Shown here: positions 54,405 through 64,000 of the stretch, one piece after another | How positions within the stretch are numbered: position 1 is the first letter of the stretch | How the letters are laid out: each line of letters opens with the position of its first letter | Assembly: GCA_028534125.1 (NCBI GenBank) | Contig: CM052817.1 | Location: 26,352,001 to 26,416,000, forward strand | Length of the DNA: 64,000 nucleotides | Source of the DNA: Lama glama | Lineage: Eukaryota | Direction: 5' to 3' | Made by a program: the position numbers and the translations under genes | The notes under the pieces: model-generated | What the model was told of the DNA's origin: nothing | Seen by the model: the letters and a program-made list of their open reading frames with translations, nothing else | Databases searched by the model: none

Positions 54405-54920
54405 TGTTACCAAGCCCGAACTCGTAATGCTCATAGCACAACAGGCCAAAAAATCAGGAGACAAGGTGTCGGGGCAAGGAATAACAACTTTATTCAGAAA
54501 GCCAGTAGACTGAGAAGATAGCAGACTAATGTCTTGGAGAACCATCTTCCCCAAGTCAGAATTTAGGCTCCTTTTACACTAAAAAAGGGAGGGAGTATAG
54601 TCGGTTGTTGCAGACTTCTTGGTGTCAGAATCCTTTGTTCTTGCAGCTGTCCACATAGGTCAAGTCATGGTGTCCCTGTAAACCTCCAACAAGACAAATA
54701 TTATTTTCTATTCTGTAACTTTTCATCTTTATATGAATGGGAAAGTGTTATACCTTTAAAGGTCAGAGCCTTGAGAATGGGCTATCTTGTATATTTCAGG
54801 CTAACAGGCAACATTCTTTGCAAAAGGTACATAACCAGCATAACCACAGGAAACAGAGCACAGGGTTAGAGCCAAAGGAACTGATCTAACAGGGAGTCAG
54901 ATTTGTTCTTCCCTTTTATA
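54405..54920 (-). mobile_element. 3' LTR of the provirus (degenerate polypurine tract at about 54921-54932)
   Basis: tgttaccaag...ttcttcccttttata aligns end to end with 59195-59683. Confidence 0.93.
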
Positions 54921-55299
54921 ATTCCTCACTGTCAATGTCCATGTCACAGTCTTGTTGGGAATGGGGCAATGAACGTTCTGGCTACTTTCTGTTGAACCTG
55001 GGCGATGAGGGGGTGATCATGGAATGAAATTGATCGGCCTCAGACAGGGAACATTCCTTAGAATCTTTAGTCAGTAGTACAGTCCTCTTTCCTCCTTTAT
55101 CTGCAAGTACTTGAAACCCCTTAGTACTTAGTTGAACTTGGGGATTTTGGTTCCAGTTCCCAATACATATCTATTAATTTTACCTTTGTGACTGTGCCAT
55201 GGTTACACCAGGTTCTTATGCTCTTTACTTGGACAAGATTAAACAAATAGGTTGACCTTTTTCAGGTACAATGAAATTATACCTGAATAATCTCAATTC

Positions 55300-56325
55300 T
55301 TATCTTTTAAGAAGAGCAACCTGAAATCTTCCAAGGGTTCACAAGCCCATCAGTTCCCAGGTCTCTCAGGAGTTGGGTTGTTTTCTGATGATGGTGGTGC
55401 TGGTTTAATCCATGTGTGATGAATCCATGGCTTTACCGCAGCTAATGTGACAGGCAAGTGTGTGGTAAGTAATACCACGTGTGTGGTCCTGTCCACCTTG
55501 CAGTCAGCTGATGGTCAGGCCCTTGTTCTCACCTGAGGACTCAGTCTCCACCTGATAGGAAAGGATGTAAGGCTACTTCAGTTGGATAGGCAGACCTGTT
55601 GGAGGCAAACTTATGAACAGAGGTTAGTACAGTGCCCAAAGTTTTAACATAACTGGCAACTGCTAGGTCTTTTAGGGCATTTATAGATTCTCCTGCCTGG
55701 GGATGAACCTGGAATGGCCTGCCATACAATATTTCAAAGAGGCTTAATTTAAGCCTGCTTCTGGAAGCCACTCTGGAGCAGGGTAACTGGCAAGGCCTTA
55801 TCCTAAGTTAAATTAGTCTCTTAACATATTTTAGCAATATTCCTTTTTAATGTATAATTCATTTTCTTGGTTTTTCCTGTTGACTGTGGTCTCCAGAATG
55901 AAGGTAGTTTCTGACTAATTTGCAATGCTTTAGACACTTGCTTGAGACAAAAGCAGGCCTGTTATCACTTTGAAGGGTGTTAGGCAATCCAAATCAGGGG
56001 ATAATTTCCTTAAGGAGGGCTTTAACCACTTTGGAAGCCTTTTCTGTCAGGGTGGGATATGCTTTTACCTGTCCTAAAAAAGTACCCACAAACACAAGCA
56101 GGTATCTGAAATTTCCTGCAGCACGAGTTTTTTGAGTAAAGTCTATTTGACAGTCTTCAATGAGGCAGGGTCCTCTGTGTTGAGTCCCCATCTGGGGAGG
56201 TCTGACAACAGTCTTGGGTTATTTTTAGCACAAATCATGCAATTCTGAGTTGCTGGATGGTCTTTTGTAGGCTAGGCCCTATTACATACTTCTAAATCCA
56301 TTGTAAGGTGGCATCTCTCCCATAA
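55300..56325 (-). pseudogene. Decayed retroviral integrase
   Basis: NCMICAKNNP (zinc-binding half-site), EDCQIDFTQ..YLLVFVGTF..KAYPT..EKASKVVKALLKEIIP, SDN, SLFEILYGRPF, WTGPH..KPWIHHT. Confidence 0.92.
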
Positions 56326-56585
56326 ACGATATTTCAGGGTGAGGTTCCCCCACTGGCATTCTAGAGGTTGTACGAACAAATGGTTCTGTGCCTTAGAGAT
56401 TCCTATGAGTGGGACAGATTGAGGTATTTTCTGTGCCACCTTGGTATTTACCACATAATATTCTGCACCTGTATCTATCAGAAAGTCAATCAGCTCATTC
56501 CCCACTGCCAATTTTACCCAGTGCTTCTGTGGGGAAATTGGAATTGGATGCCTCAAGTCCAAGGGAGCCCCTAGGCCTCTTTGTT
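56326..56585 (-). pseudogene. Decayed retroviral aspartic protease, joined directly to integrase
   Basis: RGLGAP..PISPQKHWVKLAVGNELIDFLIDTGA (DTG catalytic motif). Confidence 0.92.
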
Positions 56586-56645
56586 TATCATCAGAGTGTT
56601 CCTGTCTATCACATGAGAGGCTCCCATGTTTTAAAAAAATTGTTT

Positions 56646-57526
56646 GATCAGACATCATAATTAGGTAAAATACACATGAACTATGCATCCCAGAAAAATA
56701 AAAGGTACTGCACAGGCAAACGATTGATACAAGAAACCACCTAAAGGAGGCCCTAGCATTAGGCCAGTCCAGAAAAAGTATCAAGACTTCCCAATACTGT
56801 ATCCACATTATTTGGAAATGTCTTTGTAAGGACAGAAGATGCAGTTATTGCTGCAGCGAAACTTATTGCACCAGTTATTCTCACTAAAAAACACATACCA
56901 ATAAACACTGGTCCTTCTAGAATGTGGTCCAATATACCAAAGAGAACTGTAATTCCTACTGCGACAAACATGCCTATTACAAACACAAATTTTGCTCCAA
57001 TATGTATAAGATATTTTCCAAATATGACAAATGCCAGCAAGTCCAACAAAGTATAATATCCAGAGGTCATACCAAAAACTGTATTGCTAGCTCCTTTTTT
57101 TCTTCAGCCACCTTGGGGGAAAGGGCCCAAGGATAGAACAGCACATGACGGAACCCATGTTAATGGAAGCTGCTGACATCAACACAAAAATCTGTTCTCT
57201 TGAAAGCCACCTGTGTGCCTCACTTTCTGAAGAGCCATCACCTGTTAATGTGCAAGACTGGAACAGGCTCTCAGAGCAGGTAGCATCCTGCTGGAATTAA
57301 GTTTCCAAAAACCAGAAGCCATTTCTTTAGATGTGGCATTTTATCACCACTAGGCCCAATGGTGGTGAAGAAATGGCATAGGACAGTGCCAAACCCAGGA
57401 ATACCGGTCCCACATATCTAGCTGGTAAATTAAACTTCTCCAAAACAAAGAGGGACAGCATAGGCTCAAGGAAGCTGAGCTGAGTGAGGTGGTGATAAAG
57501 GATATAAGGGCAACCTTGGGTAAAGT
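56646..57526 (-). pseudogene. SLC18B1: Intronless, circularly permuted SLC18B1 coding sequence (candidate circRNA-derived pseudogene) inside the provirus
   Basis: 57526-57242 encodes TLPKVALISF..FLEPMLSLFVLEKFNLPARYVG..KWLLVFGNL..PVPVLHIN; 57241-56646 encodes WLSREQIFVLMSAASINMGS..YLIHIGAKFVFV..FPNNVDTVLGSLDTFSGL..GPPLGGFLYQSF..ILPNY. Both match human SLC18B1 as I recall it, with the later part placed first. Confidence 0.9.
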
Positions 57527-58330
57527 TGTTTAACATTTTAAAAAACAACATCTACCAATTGAGAAGGGTTCAATCCAAATGCATCATCTAATTTTTGCAA
57601 TTGTTCTCATATTTAGCATTCTAGCATTTCAGGGGCCTCGGGTGGTCTGCTGTAGACCTGATAAATCCTTCCCAAAAGTTAAGAGGGGTTTTTATTTGTT
57701 TTTTGCTGGATTTATTTAATTCTGTTAATCCCAGCCTGCTAGCTATTTGCATTTAGGTTCTCTATGGGATAATGGTGTAGGGGAAGTTGTCCTATGCTGA
57801 GAGTGGCTATTGGTCCAAACGAGGTGTCCTGTCAGGTCTTAGATGGCAATACCAGACCAGGTCCCTGTGCCCTAGGAACTAACACAGGATTTTCTAATTG
57901 ATTCCAGGAGGAGGGGGAGCCAGTCCGACCACTACCCAAGGCCCAGTGTTGGTAATTGGGGCTGGCTGTGTAGGAATGGGAGGCAGTGGAAGGGGTGGAC
58001 ACATTGGCATAGTGGCTGGAGTAGCTGGGACCACTAGCTCAGCCAGAGGAGTTGAGGTTTGAAGGCCTAACTCTCATTCCTTTCCTTTCCTTATTTCCCC
58101 TGATATAATAGCATAAATACTTGCACATACGGGATTTCATCATTCTTCCCTGCTTTTTCACAGAATATCAATAATTGTAGGATTGTATAGAGATATTCAA
58201 AGGCCACCAATCCTCAGCATTTTATTGTAAAACTATAAATAGCAACTGATTCTCTCTAACCATTTTTCCTTGGCATTAACCAACCAGGCTGAATTCTGGT
58301 CTGGGGCTTTTGATGATTTTAGGAACCAAG
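57527..58330 (-). pseudogene. Decayed gag (matrix, proline-rich region, partial capsid)
   Basis: LYTILQL..FCEKAGKNDEIPYVQVFM (compare class I ERV YNTILQLDLFC..GKW.EVPYVQ); capsid end QLVDVVF.KMLNN. Confidence 0.8.
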
Positions 58331-59170
58331 TGGAACCTTTCTATTCTCTCTGGGAACGTCCTACTCTCAGACAAGAACAGATAGGATTTTTTTTTTCTGT
58401 TCTTTTCCTCTGTTTGACATCAGTAAAATTTTAAATATCATAAAACTGACTTGGCTGTTCAATGGAGAAATGGTAGTAAGACAAAATGAAGTGAAAAACC
58501 AAAGGACAAACACAAAACCGTGAATAAACGCTTAGGTTTGGTCTTCGGGTTTTATATATACCGTTGACACAAACAATGTAATTAACATAGCAAGGGTGGC
58601 AGTATATGCAGATAACCCTGCATAAACAAAACCCTGAGATGGGAACAGGTACTATGGTCACACATTGTTCATCTTTTTCTTAGGCATGGGTTCATAGCTG
58701 TAATCAGACCACTTATCCAAAATGTGCCTACTTTGTTTAAGGACAGCTGAAACATTCCTTATTTTTTAAAAGACAAGTATACAAGAGAAACAAAACACAA
58801 ATGGCACACATAAACACTAGCATCCAAAGAAACAAATGAACTGGTTCACAAATCAGGTAAAAGTCCGACAACTACTTCCTCTCTCCAACAGGGTACCCCA
58901 CCCAAATACAAAACAAATGGGCTTATTCTGGAGAAAAAGCCCCGACTGGAGAGGAATAAAGTTTCCGACTATACACACCAGAGCGACTTACCCTACTTTA
59001 AGGAGCCCACTGGCTCCCAGATGTCAATTTCCTAGTTCCAACTGCCAAGCGCTGGGGCAGCCACTTCAGGGAATTTTGAAGGGAAGATCCTCAGGACAAG
59101 TGGTCCTGGCAGCTGCTGGGGCCTATCCCAAAATTCCCCAACTGGGGCTGGCTGGCCATGAGCAGCAAGT

Positions 59171-59189
59171 CTCCAGGCTGGCTTCGCCA
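59171..59189 (-). promoter_or_regulatory. Primer-binding site complementary to tRNA-Arg(ACG)
   Basis: Minus strand tggcgaagccagcctggag versus expected TGGCGAGCCAGCCAGGAG (1 insertion, 1 mismatch), a few nt inside the 5' LTR. Confidence 0.8.
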
Positions 59190-59194
59190 ACATT

Positions 59195-59683
59195 TGTTAT
59201 CAAGTCCAAACTCGTACTGCTTGTTGCATGACAGGCCAAAAAGTCGGAGACGAGGTGTTGGGGCAAGAAATAATGACTGAATTTATTCAGACAGCCAGCA
59301 GACCAAGAAGATGGCAGACTAATATCCTGGAGAACCATCTTCCTCAAGTCAGAATTCAGGCTCATTTTATACTAAAAAGAGGAGGGTGTGTGATTAGTTG
59401 TTGCAGACTTCTTGGTGTCCAAATCCTTTGTTCTTGGAGCTGTCCATGTGGGTCAGGTCATGGTGCCCCTGTAAACCTCCAACAAGACATATATTACCTT
59501 CTATTCTGCAACTTTTTATCTTCATATGAATGGGAAAGTGTTATACCCTTAAAGGTCAGAGCCTTGAGATATTCTTTTATAAAAGGCGTAAAACCAGCAT
59601 GACTAACCACAAGAACCAAAGCACAGGGTTAGAGCCAAAGGAACAGATCTAATATGGAGTCATATCTGTTCTTCTTTGTTACA
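59195..59683 (-). mobile_element. 5' LTR of the provirus
   Basis: tgttatcaag...ctttgttaca; lacks about 30 bp present in the 3' LTR after gccttgaga. Confidence 0.93.
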
Positions 59684-60029
59684 GTTGCTATCCTAGTCAC
59701 AAAAGGATTATCCCAGGCACAAGGAAGCTGTCCTTGCCATCCATTCTGTGGTTCTAGTTCTCTAGGTGTTTTTATTTGTTTGTTTGTTTTTTTTATACTC
59801 TCTTTTGTCACTTCCATTTCTACCTTTGCATGTCAAGCTTGGAGAATGCCTCATGTCTGCCCATTCGCTTATGGAGAAAGTGGGAAAAACATAAACTTCT
59901 CAAGAGTGGATCTAGGTCTGAGGTCTATTGGAAGTCCATTTCTGTAGGAGTGGCAGGATTTGGGGTTTTGTTGTTGCTGTCGTTTGGTTTTTTAACAGAT
60001 TGACTTTTCCCCTTTAATTCTCCCTTCCC

Positions 60030-60245
60030 CTTCCCCCAGCTTTATTGAGGTATAATTGACAAAACTGTACATAAAGTGCACAACATGATGATTTGATACA
60101 GGTATACATTGTGAAATGCTTGCTACGATGAACACATCCATCACTTCTCATAGTTATGTTACCTTTTGAGTGTTTGTGTGTGTGTGTGTGCGTATGTGTG
60201 CGTGCTGAGAACACTTAAGAGCTATTCTTTTAGTAAATTTCAATT
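60030..60245 (-). mobile_element. L1 3' end fragment with a (gt)n tract
   Basis: cagctttattgaggtataattgac...gagaacacttaaga..tattcttttagtaaatttcaa. Confidence 0.75.
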
Positions 60246-62759
60246 CTTAAAAGTTTATCTCCTCTCAGTAGATCTTCATCCTACCCTCAGGATATTTGTT
60301 TCATCCTCTTTTTCCTTAACAGCACTTACATGCCTGCCTTTTATAGATAAATAATTGCACAAAGAAAATTACTTTTTCTTTATGATTAAGTCCACTAATA
60401 TCAGCAAGTAATAACTAACATCTATTGAGCCCTTACTTTTATATGCTTTCATTATTTCAATTAATCAGCAAGTAGATATAACGAATGTATTTGCGAGATG
60501 AGAAAACTGAGTTTTAGAGGGCTTAAAGTAATATTCCCAAGGCCACAGGCCTTGCAGCTCCTGTTAAGTGTGGTAAAGAAATATTTTATAAAGATAAGCC
60601 CATTGATATTACTAACTTTAGATAACAGGCCTATTACCCACCATCTAGTATCTACCAGACATAAAACTAAAAAACACAGGAGTTCCAACATATGTTGGTC
60701 TTTATTTTCTTTTAATAAAGTTCTTACAAAGTGTTATTCTAAGTTTACTTGGGAATGAAAACAAGTATTTGTCAGCTATCATGTAAAAGAGGAAAAAAAT
60801 CCTGAGACATTTTCTTCTGAAAAAAATTCTGTGCCATAGAGTAATGCTCATTCTTTCACTTATCACATGTCCAAGGGCTATTTATTTGTACAAGATTCTA
60901 AGTTTGGCAGTGAGGAATACAAGGCAGAATGGAAAACAGAACCCATCTTCAAGGAATTGATGATCTACTAAGGGAGATTATAAATTTGTAAATAATCATA
61001 ATTAAGCAGAATGCTCCAAGTCAAAAATCAAAGTATAGGAATGCAAAGGTGACATAGATTATGTGTGACTGGGAGGAAATCACTGATGTTTTTAAACATT
61101 AATATAAATAAGCATGTTTAGAATTTATTCATTAGACTAAAGATGCTTTAGACAAATATAAAAGATTTACTTAAAATGCACTGGTTATTTTATTTACAAA
61201 AATCCAAGATATTTTCCAAAACGTAAACTTTATTATTTCCTTAAAGGCCAGTCTTTCATCTAAAGAAATGCCAGAGTTCATCTTAAAGTGTTAAGAGGCA
61301 GCATTTTGTCATTCTTCAGATTTATCTGGCATTTTAGAGAATTAAATACTGTAACAACCAGTTGGAAGATTACAGAGAGCAGAGTGTGATCAGGAGTAGT
61401 ATCTTGGTATTCAAGGTACATTGAAATACTCAAAAACTCAAAGTCTTAAATTTCTTCTTTTAAATTAAAAGATACACCATCTGGAATGAGAATGAGCATG
61501 ATAAACAACCCATTTATCCAATGTTTAACCCAATGCTAATGTCTCAACCTTTAAAAGACGTGTTGTACTTTTCCTATTGGCTTAGAGTTTAAACCAATAA
61601 GGAAGCAGAAACGCTTTATAAATATTCACAAAGAAAGCTGGCATTGTGACTGTTGAGTAAAGATTGCTTTGTTCTTCCTTTGAGTCTGAATTTCAGACTT
61701 TATAGTACTGACTTTTTCCTTTATTTGGTATACTAAGCAAACTGTTTGTTTTTCTTTAAATATTCAGCCTGGATGATGTCTTGCTAGCATGGAATACATT
61801 TTCCAATGTTAAGAATAGTTTATTTCTTATTGTCGAGATCTAAAATGTGATGAATCCTTAACAATGTTCAAAAAAAAATCAAGAATTTAAATGTCAGTTT
61901 TTATTATCATGGTGAACATATTTCATATGAACAAAATTAATACTAACTTGCTAGATTTGTTTGAAGTTTATAATTACTAGTGTTCTTTCATTCATAAAGT
62001 GGCATATATCACTGTTATTAGTCTCTTTTAATAGCTGTTCAGGCAGAGGTAATGTTAGGTTCTCAGCAATAAGCTGTATCTTGAGATTCTAGGTACTTTG
62101 TTAAAACTTTCCTGTTTTGAAATTAATAAAAACATTAATAGAGGTGTCTGTATTGTAATTTCTTAACAGAGGCTCAAGGGATTTTAAAAAATACAAAAAT
62201 AATACAAAAGGAAAACATCTATTTTTTCCCTGTGTGGTTGGTTTCATTAGAAAATTTACCATCCATCCCCAGGAGTCTGCTTAAAGATTACTGGTTTCTT
62301 AAAAAAAAAAAACAAAAAAAACCTAGAATGTCTCCGTTAGTGTTTCAATTAGACTTAAATGAAGATAAAAATTCACTTGCATTTCCCCCAAATTTCCACT
62401 CAGTTTAAAGCAATTACTATAGCAACACTGACAGTCTCTTCGACGCAAAGGAATACTTTGTCAGTTGGCTATTTCGTTTCGTTACGAAAAACACTGATGG
62501 TGGAATAAAAAGTAATTGCAAAGGGAGGGAAGCAGGGGGAAGAAAAAACCAGTAAGCATAAGCACCACCACCAGAAAGCAAGGGTGAAAAACTGGTGTAC
62601 CTGAAAACACTGAACATTTCAAGCCAGAACATAGAAGAAACTAAGGATAGCAGAGTTTAAGAGGAAAAAAAAAATGGAGCAGGCTTCGGGGGCAGTCTAA
62701 TAATACAGTGATCCCAAAAGGGAAGAAAACATCTTTGCTTTTTCTTGGCACCTGAAACT

Positions 62760-64000
62760 GAAGCTCTAAGCCGGGCAAAGGTCAGCGCCTCCGGGTCTAC
62801 GTTGCAAACATGCAATCGTTTTTGTGCCTCCGTCAGCGTGTTCAGACCACACGTTGGCAGCGCCGGTCGGGGCCAGGCAGTCTCGGTCGGGGCCAGGCAG
62901 TCTCGGTCGGGGCCGCAGCCGCCGCGGACCCCTTTGTTTTCCCGCTCCGAGGTGGCCGCGCAGAGTCCGTCGCCCGAGCGCGCGTAGGGGCAGCCGGCCG
63001 CGCGCCCGGAAACCCCCCGCGGGCAGCACAGCGCGCGCGGAGGCCGGGCTCGCGCGCCCGCCGCCGCCGCCTAGCACGCCCCGAGTCAACAGCCCAGTTA
63101 GGCCACGCCGAGGCCGCCCGGCTCGCCTGGCAGCCTCTTCCTACTCGCCGCCGGGACCCGCTCGCTGGCGGGCCCGCCCCCGCTCACGTTTCGTTCCCCG
63201 CCTCGACCAGCGAGTACGACCTTGTGTTTATTTTGCATTTGGCGCTAGGGAGAGTCTGAAGAGGCTCAGACAAGGCTGTGGTTCACCGCTTATATCCTCA
63301 GCAATTTCGGGCCCCTTATTGCTATGTTCACCAGCTCAAAACAGCTCCCACCTTCCCCGAAAACCCAACACATTGAAAAGGGCTTGTTCCTTCATGTGAC
63401 CCCCCGAAAAGGGAAGGGGGAAACACGTCAGGCTTTCGGGAGAGCTTTTTTCGGGGGGGGGTAAGTGAGTGGGAGGCCGGGTCCGCTGCGGCAGAACCGG
63501 CCAGGCCGGGACTCGCTCAGCGGAGGGAGCGGGAGAGGCGGGAGCGCCCGCGGCAGGGGTCGCCGGGGTCGGCTTCGCGGGGCGGGCCGACGCGCCCTAG
63601 CGGAGCTCCGGAACGAACCAGAGGTCGCGGCAGGGAGCGGGCGGGGGTGGGGGGAGGCGGAGGAGGCGGAGGGCGGCGATCCACCTGGGCGACGTGGCAG
63701 CCATTCCCTACTCCCCGAGACCCCTCCCCATTCGGCCGCCCACCCGCCCTCTCGCGGCGGGCTGCTGCGAAGCTGCTCTTCCCAGGCCGGACGGAGAGCG
63801 GCAGTGTCTCCCCGCCGGCCGCTCGCCCCGCGTCTCCCCACCGCGGCCGTCGCTGCTCGCCAGCCCTGCGCCGCGTCGGAGAGCGCAGTGGCGGCGGCGG
63901 GAAAGGGCTGCGGACTCGCGGCGCCGCGTCGCACTCTGGACGACGCGGCCCCGGCCTCGACGCCGTCTGCCCACTCCTAGAACAGGTAAAGGCGGTAAGT
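62760..64000 (+). promoter_or_regulatory. CpG-island promoter with a probable non-coding first exon of an unidentified gene
   Basis: Very high GC and CpG density, several GC boxes (ggggcggg, cccgcccc), GT donor sites after 63985 and 63994; strand inferred from those donors. Confidence 0.8.
62864..62914. repeat. 20-bp perfect tandem repeat, about 2.5 copies (cggtcggggccaggcagtct)
   Basis: Direct reading. Confidence 0.95.

Larger units (their letters stand above)
54405..59683 (-). mobile_element. Complete internally deleted class I (ERV1, gamma-like) provirus carrying captured host sequence
   Basis: Two homologous LTRs; perfect 4-bp TSD gttg (54401-54404 / 59684-59687); PBS; gag, pro and IN remnants; RT/RNase H and nearly all env absent. 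Confidence 0.95.

Noticed and set aside
56272..56808. 178-aa ORF as a functional gene
   Set aside because: It is out-of-frame SLC18B1 sequence running into decayed gag end and protease; the surrounding viral genes are full of stops.
56646..57526. The genuine SLC18B1 gene or an ordinary L1-made processed pseudogene
   Set aside because: No introns, frameshifts and stops present, permuted order, no poly(A) or TSD, and it lies inside a provirus.
62745..63980. Long overlapping ORFs (107-191 aa) in the CpG island
   Set aside because: Arg/Pro/Gly/Ala-rich on both strands, mostly non-ATG starts; expected from stop-codon scarcity in GC-rich DNA.

Overview
Repeat-rich mammalian intergenic DNA, probably camelid, inferred from five copies of a tRNA-derived SINE with an aataaataaacctaattacctcccc tail. 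No intact protein-coding gene is visible. The window holds L1, L2, MIR, MaLR, ERVL and hAT fossils, four ERV1-type solo LTRs and a NAP1L1 processed pseudogene (about 35.5-36.9 kb). It ends in a CpG-island promoter with a probable non-coding first exon of a gene I could not identify (62.7-64.0 kb). The key object is a complete, degenerate, internally deleted class I provirus on the minus strand (54405-59683) with a GTTG target-site duplication (TSD), two LTRs, a tRNA-Arg primer-binding site (PBS) and gag/pro/integrase remnants. Between gag and pro it carries about 880 bp of intronless SLC18B1 coding sequence in circularly permuted order: C-terminal-side coding sequence is joined head-to-tail to the start of the N-terminal region. 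This is what a reverse-transcribed circular RNA captured by a retrovirus would look like. Repeat family names and the human reference comparisons come from memory and need confirming by RepeatMasker/BLAST. Coordinates of old repeats are approximate.
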